Positions 1 to 12,847 of a stretch of 64,000 nucleotides of DNA are shown here, one piece after another. Below the pieces are notes generated by a model that did not search any database, was not told the origin of the DNA, and saw nothing but the letters and a program-made list of their open reading frames with translations. Source of the DNA: Octopus sinensis (taxonomy: Eukaryota). Position numbers and translations under genes: made by a program. How positions within the stretch are numbered: position 1 is the stretch's first letter; every line of letters begins with the position of its first letter. The stretch covers positions 23,002,001 to 23,066,000 of the forward strand of contig NC_043008.1 in assembly GCF_006345805.1 (NCBI RefSeq), written 5' to 3'.

Positions 1-165
1 AGATTCGACTTTATGATGATTTAATTATTTTAAATCGAAAAGTCAACCAAAAAGATTTTCGAATTCTATGGGAATAAAGTCATATTAAAAAACAAATAAC
101 AATAATCACTATAAAAGAAAATATACTGTGTTTAAATGAGAATATTTTGTATCGCCACGCATGGT

Positions 166-237
166 GGGGATATAGCTCAGTAGTAGAATATTCGACTGCA
201 GATCGAGAAGTCCCTGGTTCAAACCGGGGTGACCCCT
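166..237 (+). tRNA. tRNA-Cys(GCA), variant or pseudogene
   Basis: GGGGATATAGCTCAGTAGTAGAATATTCGACTGCAGATCGAGAAGTCCCTGGTTCAAACCGGGGTGACCCCT, 72 nt. Anticodon arm TCGA-CTGCAGA-TCGA, B-box GGTTCAAAC, T5 at 248-252. Mismatches in D-stem, acceptor stem and T-stem. Confidence 0.75.
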
Positions 238-1113
238 TACGTATTTCTTTTTGTTAGCTATATATTTATTTCAAATTTATGAAAATAATCTGTTTTTCAT
301 TGTACATCAGGAAAACCGTTTCTCAGTATTTGTTCCAGCTTGACACTCCGACAGCAAATTCCGCCGTATACGAGTTTGCTTTACATAGTTTCAGGGTCGG
401 TAAAATGAGTACCAGCTGAGCGCTGGGGTCAATGTAATGGACCACCTCCTTCCCATGAACTTGCTGGCCACGTGCCAAAATTTGAAACACCAATGTTTGA
501 TTGATTTTTCATGAACTTTTCTGCTACGATCCTTTCTCATATCTAGCTTTTCCTTTGTATTTTCTTCTTCATTGTTGTAATTCCTCGTGACATTGTTGTT
601 CTTATTTATCACCAGTTCCATTTGTTTGATATAATACCTACCGCAAGGCGACCAGCTGGCAGAATCGTTAGCACGCCAGGCAAAATGCTTAGCATTTTGA
701 AGAAACGATCAAGCTCAGTAACGATCTGTTAAGCAGCAACTACCCCAAAATATTATCGGCCGCGTGACCCTTCTTAATTGACGCAAATCACGAGACTATT
801 TTACTTAATCTAGAAGGAAAGGGCTTAAGGTGTTGTAATTATCGAAATTGCACCAAAAAGCTGCATTAACCGATCACAACTGTTGCTTGCCAAAGGCAGT
901 AGTTATGATCGATGTAATCGACCTCGTCCCGCTTCAGAATTTGCTGGCCTTGTGCCAGCATTTCAAACCAATATTTGATTGATCCTTCAGGAATTTCTCT
1001 GCTACGTTCCTTTCTCGAATCTGTGCTTTCCCCCCTTTATGTTTTCTTCTACACTATTGTTGTTATTCTATCGTTAATTAAAACAATAACGGTTTCTTCA
1101 TTTTTGCTTTCAG

Positions 1114-2280
1114 AGGCGGCGAGATGGCAGAATCGTTAGCACGCCGAGCGAAATGCTTGGCGGTATTTCGTCTGTCTTTATGTTCTGAGTTCAAATTCCG
1201 CCGAGGTCGACTTTGCCCTTCATCCTTTCAGGGTCGATAAATTAAGTACCAGTTACGCACTGGGGTCGATATAATCGACTTAATCCCTTTGTCTGTCCTT
1301 GTTTGTCCTCGATGTGTTTAGCCCCTTGTGGGTAGTAAAGAAATAGGCATTTCGTCTGCCGCTATGTTCTGAGTTCAAATTCCGCTGAGGTTGACTTTGC
1401 CCTTCATCCTTTCAGGGTCGATAAATTAAGTACCAGTTACGCACTGGGGTCGATATAATCGACTTAATCCCTTTGTCTGTCCTTGTTTGTCCTCTCTGTG
1501 TTTAGCCCCTTGTGGGTAGTAAAGAAATAGGTATTTCGTCTGCCACTATGTTCTGAGTTCAAATTCCGCCGAGGTCGGCTTTGCCTTTCATCCTTTCGGG
1601 GTCGATAAATTAAGTACCAGTTGCGCACTGGGGTCAATATAATCGACTTAATCCGTTTGTCTGTCCTTGTTTGTCCTCTCTGTGTTTAGCCCCTTGTGGG
1701 TAGTAAAGAAATAGGTATTTCGTCTGCCACTATGTTCTGAGTTCAAATTCCGCCGAGGTCGACTTTGCATTTCATCCTTTCGGGGTCGATAAATTAAGTA
1801 CCAGTTACGCACTGGGGTCAATATAATCGACTTAATCCGTTTGTCTGTCCTTGTTTGTCCTCTCTGTGTTTAGCCCCTTGTGGGTAGTAAAGAAATAGGT
1901 ATTTCGTCTGCCACTATGTTCTGAGTTCAAATTCCGCCGAGGTCGACTTTGCCTTTCATCCTTTCGGGGTCGATAAATTAAGTACCAGTTACGCACTGGG
2001 GTCGATATAATCGACTTAATCCCTTTGTCTCTCCTTGTTTATCCCCCCTATGCTTAGCCCCTAGTGGGCAATAAAGAAATAAGAAATTTTAGTACGCCGA
2101 GCGGAATGCTTAGCGGTATGTCGTCTCTCTATACTTCTTGACTTCATATTCCACAGAGGTCGACTTTGCCTTTTATCCTTTCGGGGTGGTTAAATTAAGT
2201 ACCATTTGTGTAGTGGTGTCGATCTAATCGACTAGCCTCCTCTCCAAAATTTTCGGGCCATGTGCTTAGAGTACAAAAGA
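1114..2280 (+). mobile_element. SINE family A multimer: head plus five 184-bp units, followed by a monomer
   Basis: Head GGCGGCGAGATGGCAGAA; B-box-like GAGTTCAAATTCC in each unit; unit junctions at 1347, 1531, 1715, 1899. Confidence 0.9.
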
Positions 2281-2497
2281 TTATTGTTGCTTTTAAGAGC
2301 ATCGTGGACAATGCAAAATCTTAGAACACAAAGTTCATTGTAGTTTCGGCGATAGTAACAGTTCGCTGAACAAAATCAAGACACAAATACCGGTGAGATG
2401 GCAGAATCGTGAACACACAGTAGTTCCCAACAGTGGCCTTCAATCCTTCTATTTAAATGAGTTTTCTCACGGATCCCTTTCAATATGCTTATCCTTA

Positions 2498-2512
2498 TGT
2501 GTGTGTGTGTAT

Positions 2513-2577
<65 letters not shown>

Positions 2578-2766
2578 TGCGTGTGTTTATGTTTGCTGAT
2601 GAAAGGCAAAAGTCAGCAAACAGTAAAATTTGAACTGAAAATACAGTAAAACCTAACTAAGAACTCTATCTTCGACGTCCTCAATCACGCATCCCACATC
2701 ATTCACTTTACAACATTCCTTCCTTCCTTCCTTCTTTCCTTCCTTCCTCTTCTTTCTTTCTTTCCT

Positions 2767-2828
<62 letters not shown>

Positions 2829-2850
2829 TTCCTCTTCTTTCTTTCTTTCT
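2498..2850. repeat. (GT)n and (CTTT)n microsatellites
   Basis: Seen directly in the sequence. Confidence 0.95.
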
Positions 2851-3181
2851 GTTTGGTTTGTTATTAAATAGCTTTCATTTACTTCAAATATAAATTGTTA
2901 TGTTTGATTAGTAAAGTATTGCTTGAAAAATATTCAATAGCGTTTTCGCTTTTTCCTTTCTTCTTTTTTTCTTCTTTTTTTTTTGTAATACTGCTAAAAT
3001 AGAGAAAAATGATGTCGTTTACCTCTTATGAAATCGTTAAGAATTCATAAAGATTTCTAAGTTTAAAGCTTTGTTTCTTCGTCTCAAAGTCAAAGTTAAA
3101 AACACCACCACCACCACCAGCACCATCAAAAGAAAAAGAAAAGAAAAAAGAAAAGAAAAAAACACAAGTAAAAAATGAAAT

Positions 3182-3494
3182 GTGGAGGCGCAATGGTCCA
3201 GTGGTTAGGGCACCGGACCCGCGGTTGTAGGATCGCGGTTTCGATTTCCAGACCAGGTGTTGTGAGTGTTTATTGAGCGAAAGCACCTAAAGCTCCACGA
3301 GGCTCCGACAGGGGGTGGTGGCGATCCCTGCTGTACTCTTTCGCTACAACTTTCTCTCACTCTTTCTTCTGTTGGCCTGCTCACTTAGCCAGCGGAATGG
3401 CGTCATTTGAAGACTAAAGCAATGCGAAGCGCATTGTGACCAGCAATGTGTTGCAACATCTGATAGCCTTGTCGGCCATGGTGATCACGGTGAT
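3182..3494 (+). mobile_element. SINE family C (tRNA-Arg-like head)
   Basis: Head TGGAGGCGCAATGGTCCAGTGGTTAGGGC; 10-bp TSD AAAATGAAAT at 3172-3181 and 3495-3504; sister copies at 29.9 and 50.1 kb. Confidence 0.85.
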
Positions 3495-3586
3495 AAAATG
3501 AAATATTTCTTAATATGTGTTTTTCTTTTTAATTTTAAATTTCGTTTATCTTAAGATTTATCTTAAGACAATATTCTAATTGTACT

Positions 3587-4026
3587 AGGGCGTTGAGCTG
3601 GCAGAAACGTTAGCACGCCGGGCGAAATACTTAACTTAATACTTTCGTCTGTCGCTACGCTCTGAGTTCAAATTCCGCCGAGGTCGACTTTGCCTTTCAT
3701 CCTTTCGGGGTCGATTAAATAAGTACCAGTTACGCACTGGGTCGATGTAATCGACTTAAACCCTTTGTCTGTCCTTGTTTTTCCACTCTATGTTTAGCTC
3801 CTTGTGGGCAATAAAGAAATAAGAAATAAGAAACGTTAGCACGCCAGGCGAAATGCTTAGCGATATTTCGTCTGTCTTTATGTTCTGAGTTCAAATTCCG
3901 CCGATGTCGACTTTGCCTTTCATCCTTTCGGGGTGGATAAATTAAGTACCAGTTGCATAGTGGGGTCGATCTAATCGATTGGTCCCCTCCCCCCAAATTT
4001 CGGGCCTTGTGCCTAGAGTAGAAAAG
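3587..4026 (+). mobile_element. SINE family A heterodimer
   Basis: Two family-A bodies flanked by AATATTCTAA(T/C)TGTACT at 3570-3586 and 4027-4043. Confidence 0.85.
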
Positions 4027-4384
4027 AATATTCTAACTGTACTCTTTTACTGGTTTCAGTCATTGAACTGCGGCCGTGTTGTGGCACCATCATGAAACGG
4101 GTTAGCTAATCAAATCGACTTCAGAATATATTTTCAGTTTGGTACATAAGAGTCCTGTTGACTCTTTGCCGAACCGTTAAGTTACAATCACAAAGAAGCC
4201 CCGCACCGGTTGTTAAGCGGTGGAAGTCAAGCAGAAAGACATAAGCATACATACGCACCCATACAGGTATAATATTCCTTTCTATTAAAGGTATAGGGCC
4301 TGAAATTTTAGGGAATAGGGTTAGTCGATTGCATCGACCCTCAATAGCTGACTAGTACTTATTTTGTCGATACCGGAAGGACAT

Positions 4385-5418
4385 CGAAAAAATGGTCGAA
4401 AGTATCACAGTGGGAGAGAGGATTTTAAAGGTCAGAGTGGAAGGGAATATTCCGCGATGTTATAAATGTGGCCTGAATGATTGCATTAGAGCGGAGTGTC
4501 CTTCACCACTAGAAAAGGACAAGGAGAGACAGAAGGAAAAAGGGGTTGGTACTATACTGCCTGTGGAGGAAGAAGTAAGTGAGGTGGAATCACAGAAACC
4601 CCCAAAGTCCATCCCCTCCTCATCGTGGAGGGGACGCTGGCAACTGGCAGTGTCAGAGCTATGCCGTCGGGAACTTCGGTTCCTGGTAGGGCCACCCAAG
4701 GCGGATTGGTCTGACACCGAGTGGTATTAGGACCACAAACCGGCAGACAGGGCTCTGGTGAAAATCCTCGGAGTATCTTCTTCGGCAACCGGCGGCTCCT
4801 TAGTCGTTCTGTCCCTGCGTCTGCGAACAATCTGCAGCTAATAGGATGTCTCCACATGTGGGATTGTTGGGGACCGCTTGAGAAATCCACATGTTCCCAC
4901 GAAACTTCTTCCATGAGTAGAAGAAGCCGACTCAAACCGCCCAGGGTGAATGTCGCCACAAGTACAAGTACAAGTACAGAAGAAGACAGGCGCTAGCGTC
5001 GAGGAGAAGGAAGAAGCGAATACCAGTTGGGAAATGGCGAAGAAGAGCAGGAAGAGGACACACGTAGTGAAGGATGACCCCCCAACGCACTGACACCCAC
5101 TTTACCCCAACCACCCCCTACAGACACCAGCCCTCTCCATGCCTCAGCTAACATGAAGACAAACACAAGCACACAGAAGCCCCAAATTTCCCCACCCTCG
5201 CCCTTGAAAGAAACATATATTGTACAATGGAGAAAACGAAGATGTGTATGACAAAATAGACTTGTGGGACAACGATATAAAAGTAAAAGTGGATGTATCA
5301 GGAGTGAATGGGATGCCCGAGTACATTCGTAGTGTAGTGGCAGACCCAGAATATATGTCGGAATTGAAGGACTATGAGATAAATCAAGATTATAAGTGGC
5401 GGGTCAAGAAATTGGACA
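4385..5418 (+). pseudogene. LINE ORF1 (gag-like zinc knuckle) remnant
   Basis: LKVRVEGNIPRCYKCGLNDCIRAECP (CCHC with H to C) resembles LRMKVEGRPPVCFECGEKGHMKARWP at 63.5 kb. Acidic ORF piece at 5220-5418 is cut by a MITE. Confidence 0.65.
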
Positions 5419-5687
5419 CAAATGTAAATAAACCCAATCTGTTTCTTAAACGAGGGACATATTCATACGGCACAGGATGTTGTTTACCTCAATGGACGTC
5501 ATTGATTGGTTGAAATTGCAGAAATTGAAGAAAAAAAAAAACAAATATCTTACAAACTATAGAATTTTCTCAATAAAGCCAAGAGAAAAAGATGTCTTAT
5601 AAACACATTCTACCAATATAGGAAGTTAAAAATTTTTTAGTTACCTAGAAATTATGTTAAAAACTGCCGTTCAAACCGAAAAGATCC
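5419..5687 (-). mobile_element. Truncated Merlin-like MITE
   Basis: Reverse complement of the left ~270 bp of the 33088 and 41694 elements, ending AAAAACTGCCGTTCAAACCGAAAAGATCC. Confidence 0.85.
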
Positions 5688-5869
5688 GCTGTTGCTAAAA
5701 GAAAAAAAAGCATTATAAACTAAATTATGTGAAGTCGCTCGGAGGTGGGGCCGAACGGCTTCATTTCATCATTCATTATATAAATTCATTCGTTTTGTTT
5801 TTATTTGTCCCCACCTTGTGCTGTCCTCTCTATGTAAGGCCTTTATGGCCAATTTCATAAAATAAAGAG

Positions 5870-6232
5870 GTTTGCTTCTCAACCACATGTTTCCGGGGTC
5901 AGTCCCAGTGCGTGGCATGCCGGGCAAGTGTCTTCTGCTATAGCCTCGGTCCGACCAAAGCCTGGAGTGGATTTGGTAGAAGGAAACTGAAAAGAAGCCC
6001 GTCGTATTTGTATATGTATATATATATTTGGGTGTCTTTGTCCCCCACCATCACTTGACAACCGATGGTGGTGTGTTCACGTCCCCGTAACTTGGCGGTT
6101 CGCTAAAAGAGACCGATATGATAAGTACTAGGCTTAGAAAGAATAAGACCTGGGGTTGATTTGTTTGACTAAAGGCGGTGTTCCAGCATGGCCGCATTCA
6201 AATGACTGAAACACGTAAAAGAAAATAAAGAG
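5870..6232 (+). mobile_element. SINE family B
   Basis: GGCAAGTGTCTTCTGCTATAGCCTCGG ... CCAGCATGGCCGCATTCAAATGACTGAAAC, shared with more than 10 copies in the window. Confidence 0.85.
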
Positions 6233-6811
6233 AGGCTGCGAGCTGGCAGAATAGTTAGAAATGCTGTGAAGCGTTTCTTCTGGCATTATGTCTTGAGTTC
6301 AAATTCCACCGAGGTCGACTTTGCCATTCATTCTTTCTGGGGCCAATAAAATAAATACAAATAAAACACAGGGTGTGGGAGGGTGTCGATGTAAATGACT
6401 TAACTTATCCCCTCCCCTAAAATTGCCGGCATTGTGCCAAAAGTTGAAACCAAATTATTAATTAATGAAATCTTTTAATTAGTAAAATGTTCTTTGAAAT
6501 ATATTCTAAGCGATTTTTTTGTATCGTTAATATAGCCAACAGAGACACTTTTTTGTAGCTTTTATATGATCGTTAATAATATATAGTAACTCCCACACCA
6601 CTGTATCAATCAAACACAGTTGTCACAAATTTCTATTTCAGAAAATTATTCCAAAACAATATCGATATCAACAACAAAAATCAAAGTAATAATATATTTA
6701 AAAAAAATAATAATAATAAAATTAAAGAAATCTGATTTTTTCTGTTTTATATTAGTGTCGTGTTTAATCTATGATGAAGACAGCAAATCTCCAACGTCTT
6801 TGCCACAGAGG

Positions 6812-6889
6812 AAGAACAAATACAACTCAATAGAAAATCATTTGACTACTAATCAAAGCGTATCGGTTCAATACCTGCTGTACTCTTCT
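6812..6889 (+). pseudogene. Highly degenerate tRNA (Cys-derived?) remnant
   Basis: Perfect anticodon stem TTTGA-CTACTAA-TCAAA and B-box GGTTCAATAC; A-box eroded. Confidence 0.45.
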
Positions 6890-7074
6890 TCCAGTTTATT
6901 TATCTCTAATTTCTGAAAGCACAAAACAACCCCACCTACCATTGTCCACCAGCTGTTTTCCCTTGTTTCGTTCCGATGATTTGATTTCAATCCCAGTTGT
7001 GGTGTCTTTAGTAAAGTAATTTCATACTTTTATTTGGCCACAGTTTCCCATTTCGTTCTCTCAGTAAAACAATA

Positions 7075-7246
7075 TATTATAATATATATATCTATATATA
7101 TATATATATATATATATATCTATATAATATATATATATATATATATTATATATATGTATATATATATGTATATATATATGTATATATATATGTATATATA
7201 TATGATATAATATATATGTATATATATATAATATATATATATAATG

Positions 7247-7297
<51 letters not shown>

Positions 7298-7369
7298 GTA
7301 TATATATTATATATATATATATATATATAATATGTATATGTATATGTATAATATATGTATATGTATATA

Positions 7370-7410
<41 letters not shown>

Positions 7411-7501
7411 GTATAATATAATATATATATATGTATATTATATATATATGTGTATATAATATATATATGTATATATATATGTATATATATATACATATAT
7501 G

Positions 7502-7561
<60 letters not shown>

Positions 7562-7600
7562 AGAAAAGAGGGAGAGAGAGAAAGAGGGAGAGAGAGAAAA
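7075..7600. repeat. (TA)n and (AG)n microsatellite
   Basis: Seen directly in the sequence. Confidence 0.95.
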
Positions 7601-7799
7601 GAGTTTTAAACTTAGGTAATGTTGCAACAAGAATCGAGAATGTATTTGAGAATGTATTTCGTTTCAAAGTCTAAAAGCGAGTAGGTGCTTGGGAATGTAT
7701 AGAAGTAATATTAACCAGTGGTAGAATATCTCACTACAAATCTCGAGATCTTCGGATCAATCCTGGGAGTTCACTTTAATCAGACTTTGTTTTCGGTTT

Positions 7800-8175
7800 G
7801 AGTGGCTGTGTGGTAAGTAGCTTACTTACCAACCACATGGTTCCGGGTTCAGTCCCACTGCGTGGCACCTTAGGCAAGTGTCTTCTGCATAATCTCGGGC
7901 TGACCAAAGTCTTGTGAGTGGATTTGGTAGACGGAAACTGAAAGAAGCCCGTCGTATATATCTATCTATATGTATGTGTGTGTCTGTGTGTCTGTGTTTG
8001 TCCACCCAACATCGCTTGACAACCGATGTTGGTGTGTTTACGTCCCCGTAACTTAACGGTTCGGCAAAAGAGACCGATAGGATAAATACTAGGCCTACAA
8101 AGAATAACCCTTGGGGTTCAGAGGTGCTCCAGCATGACCACAATCAAATGACTGAAACAAGTAAAAGAGTAAAAG
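7800..8175 (+). mobile_element. SINE family B
   Basis: tRNA-like head GAGTGGCTGTGTGGTAAGTAGC...GGTTCAGTCCC and family-B 3' end. Confidence 0.9.
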
Positions 8176-8637
8176 GGTTTGAGTTTTTGCCAATAAATTT
8201 ATGTATTTTCTCACCGGAACGTTTGGAACTTTGAAGTTTCATTCATACTGCCTGATTTCGTTCATATTCTCTACATTGATGTAGTTTAAACATGATAATG
8301 ATGAAAATCACAAACATTTTTGACAGAAATTTATAAAAAAAGTTACAATCGGGAGCCTCCATTACCGACATACCAGAAGTCGCACGTGTTGTCCGTTTCC
8401 TTAACAGCAATATCCATTTGTCTGTTTTCTATTTTGCCATATGTTTGAAGTAGTGCAAGCCATAAGGTTAGGAGTCGAGGTTCGGGGGGGGGGGTATACT
8501 AGAGCCTGCTACTATTGTTGCTTCCTCTGTTGTTCTTCACAACAGCTGTTTATCTGTCTTTTTATTTTCTTCAGTTCTTCACGGTCAGAAGCCCTCAAAT
8601 CGGCCTTGTTTTTATCATAAGAGGCCTTGGGCAGATT

Positions 8638-8985
8638 AAGGCCTTGTGAGTGGATTTGATTGACGGAAACTAACAGAAGCCCGTTGTTTATGTGTATGTA
8701 TATGTATACACACACACACACACACATACATACGTACACACGCGTGTGTGTGTATCCATGTCCACCACCACCACCACCACCACCACCACTACCACTTGAA
8801 AACCGGTGTTGGTGTTTACGTTACTATAGCGTAGTGGTTGGGCAAAAGAGACCGATAAAATAAGCACCAAGGTTTAAAAAAAAACAACTAAATACTGGGG
8901 TCGATTTATTCGACTAAAATTCTTGAAGGCGGTGCTCCAGCCTGGCCGCAGTCTAATAACTGAAACAAGTAAAATTATAAAAGAT
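8638..8985 (+). mobile_element. SINE family B, 5'-truncated
   Basis: GCCTTGTGAGTGGATTTG to GGTGCTCCAGCCTGGCCGCAGTCTAATAACTGAAAC. Confidence 0.8.
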
Positions 8986-9024
8986 ATTCTAAAATATCAG
9001 CATGGAATATTTTATCACAAATCT

Positions 9025-10060
9025 TTTGGCCAGTATAGTTTCGATACTAAACAACAATAATAAAGTCAGCACTGGAGTCATATATAACATTCATATAACA
9101 CATTCTCTATTTAATCACACTTTTATTCATGCTCTTCTGTAAATAATACCCAAATCTTTCATAATAATTTACACTTTTTTTCCAGTCCTTGTCAAACTTG
9201 ATGCAAATCATGTGCCAAATTGAGCATCGAAGAAATTCGTAGCAGTAAAAGACTCTACAGACTGCTTAGAGATAAAGTTCTTTATTGCTATCGACTGAAG
9301 CCATCTCTAGGTTGTGTTAAGATCCATTGATCTAACAAATAGTTTATTGTTTGTAGGCGAGGAAAACCCCCAGTAAAACACCGGACAGATTGCTGAGAAA
9401 TAAAGATGGCTATAGCTGCTGCTGTTAGATAAAGATCCTGTGAAGATTGTTTCATACTTCAATCGATCTAAAGATCAATCGATAATGTCAGACAGTTGAT
9501 AAAAAGGTGAAGATAAAAGTGATAACTGATATCTTTACTCTATGGATCTTTCCTATATAAGGTTGTTGGATGGATATATTTACAACATAGTGAATATTAG
9601 AATTTAAATAAAATAATGGCCGTCTATTTTGGTAGAAATCAATTCAATGAATGTTTATGAAATGGAACGGAATAAATTCGTTTGTCGTGAGAAGGGAATA
9701 ATGACGTTTCGCATTGTGACTGTCTCTGAAAAGAAAGACACTTCCAAACTCCTGTATTTCCTTCTGTTCAATGCACATAAACTCATTATATTTGTGAAAA
9801 TATACATTTTATCCATAGATGGGTTTCCTGAGTGTATTTTGTTGTTTTCTATTTTTGTTAACAATCACCTCCTTTCTCATCAATGTTGAGTTACAAGTCT
9901 CTCGGAGTTTTGTGTAATTGGTTAAATCGACACGATTTTCTCGATTTTGCGAAGATTAAAGTTAATAAAGAAAGACAACCAGATAGGATTAGAACTTACA
10001 TTATAAAGAGACTAAACTAGATACTGAATAAGCTTGTAACTCTATGAAATAATTTCAATT
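9025..10060. repeat. Inverted duplicate of 40500-41615
   Basis: Near-identical over 9025-9728; clearly diverged but alignable beyond (e.g. GATAGGATTAGAAC in both). Confidence 0.9.
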
Positions 10061-11496
10061 AATCAGACGCCATATTTCTTGTGAGAGACACAAACAAAAA
10101 ATTCATTGCAAACAAAGGCTGACTTTTGTTTAAATCTATGAAGGTCACACGCTTGTGTTTTGTTTAAGTTACGTCAACATCGTATTTTCCGGAAGTCAAC
10201 GTAGTATATAGTATAAGCATGTGTAAGCATTCAAACGTAGTCACTATCTTTCCGAAACCTGCTGCAGTTCATATAGAATGTTTGAGCATCCAAAGTCATC
10301 TTGGTGTATAAGTCGACCTACATTTTTTTGCAAGTAAATTTTGGCCTGAAGAATTCGGCTTGTATTGTTTCGAACTCTGTGGCAGCTTTGGAAACTTAAC
10401 TGAAAGCCAGGAGAGACAGGTATCGAAAATCCTTTTTTTTTTCACTTTTCTACTTAGCCGTCTATCATTATATGTCTGAAGGAGGTAAAAATGTATTCAT
10501 AGATTAAAAATGACAAACAAACATTGTAGAGGACGAATAGATATACAAAAAAAAAAAGAAAAAACAAACAAAAAACAAATATACAAAAAAACAACAAAAA
10601 ACAAAGCAACACAAAGAACTCAACGCTGCAATAACAATATTTTTCGTGCTAATTCAAGTAACGTTGGAAAGAAACTAACGAATTTATCTGACAACCCCAC
10701 CCTCACACACACACACGCAAACACTCACATTCACACACTCACAATATCAATACATGCACGTATATGTATATGTGTATATATATATACGTATAGATGATAT
10801 ATAATATATCATACGTATAGATGATATATATGATATATAATATATATATATATTTTTTCCAAAAATTATAAAAAGAATGATAAATATAATATAATAAGTA
10901 AAAACACTACGTACGTTTCATGGCTATAATTAAATTTGAATTACAATTAAGTTTAAATTCAATTGAAATAAATTCGAACTAAAATTATAGTCATAGAAAA
11001 ACTCCATTATCTAAATTAGAAACTGAAAACATTAGGATTATTTCGTACAACCCATTTATTATGTTAGATATTTATTTTTAAGGTAAAAAATTGATAGAAA
11101 TATGTATTTATCTATGAGGATATAATATGGCTTTAAAAAAACATAATAAACTCTCGAATATCCTTAACTCAGTTATAGTCCAATATTTAATTACCAAATT
11201 ATTTAGCAAAATAATGACTATTCATATTTTTAGATTTAAGTTCACATCTAATAATTATAATATATTTAAAAATAAGTATCTAAATTATAATAAAAAATAT
11301 AGTAATTAAAATCTAAAATTTACTCTATCAATAAATATATAGACATATAATGAAAAATAAATAAATTAGTTCATTATTATTTACATAAATATTATAAATA
11401 TCAATATAAAATATCTATGAAATACATTTAAAAATTAAAGATTAAAAATCAAATTAAAAACGTATAACCTATCTTAAAAGAACCGTATAACTATTT

Positions 11497-11598
11497 TACG
11501 ATCTATATACCTCAGTGACTAAACAATATCTTACAAATAGATTATAACTGTACGTTATTTGTAAGATATTACTTAGTCACTAAGGTATATAGATCGTA
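11497..11598. repeat. Hairpin with 43-bp arms and 16-nt loop
   Basis: Arms 11497-11539 and 11556-11598 are complementary at 40 of 43 positions. Confidence 0.9.
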
Positions 11599-11725
11599 TA
11601 TAGACCCCCGTTACACATTATATAAAACATTTTAGGAGTCCAAAACCATCCCTGGAACGTAACTAATATATGTTCTTAGTTTGGAGAAAAATCAGTTGAA
11701 AAATACGACTGTTATAATTTTTTCC

Positions 11726-11764
<39 letters not shown>

Positions 11765-12063
11765 GATACACAGACACACACACACACATACACGAATTTT
11801 TTATATATATATAAATTATATTGATTATATATATATAACATGTAAAAATTAGAAAAAAAACACCTTTTCTCAATTCAAAATGAATAATTAAATTACCCAT
11901 CTAGAAAATTACATATAGAATATTATAAAATTAAAATAACAATAAAATACAAATGATTAAGTAACTTGCAAAAAATAATAAAAAACTTATATAATTTTAT
12001 TATTTTTTTGCATATATATATAATCCCCGCCTCACACGTACGCATATATAGGAGTGTGGTGTG

Positions 12064-12111
<48 letters not shown>

Positions 12112-12304
12112 TTACATACATATATATAACATATATATACATATACACACACACTCACACACACACAAACACACACACACATATATATATACATATATAT
12201 ATATGCATATATATATATATAATATGAATATATATATATGAATATATATACATATAAATATATATATATAAATATGTATATATACATATAAATCTATCTA
12301 TCTA

Positions 12305-12343
<39 letters not shown>

Positions 12344-12847
12344 ATATATATATATATATATGTATATGCATACGTGTGTATATATATATATTTGCATATA
12401 TATACATATAACTACATAGATGTGTTTTAAATCTCAGAGCGAGTACTATATAGATGTGTGTGTCAATTGATTTGTCATAGATAAATAAATATATAAGTAA
12501 TGCTAAATTAATGAGGAAATATTCGGAAATGAATGGGAAGTAATAAATAGTTAATTGATAAAATTAATCTATCTTTTCAAGCTTGCAAATGAAAGTAAGG
12601 AAATATTAAAAGTATAATTCGTAGTTTTTGCTCCAATGAAACAAGAATAATTTCAAATAAGAAAAAACAAAAAAACAAAAAAACAAAAACAAACGAAAGA
12701 CAAAGATGTTATTACCATTATTAGAATGAGACGTTAGTTATTTCTCTGATAAAGATTTCTGACGTAAGTACAGAACTGGATTATTATTTTTATTTTCGGT
12801 AGGTTGTCAACAGCAGATTATGGCAACCGTAGTACTTAACTGGTATA

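Noticed and set aside
1114-2086. CRISPR-like regular repeats
   Set aside because: Whole 184-bp units repeat with no unique spacers; eukaryotic SINE context and no cas genes.
10870-11700. Mitochondrial insertion (NUMT) suggested by extreme AT content
   Set aside because: No recognisable mitochondrial gene or tRNA motif. The similar AT-rich block at 61.5-62.4 kb is Penelope-derived.
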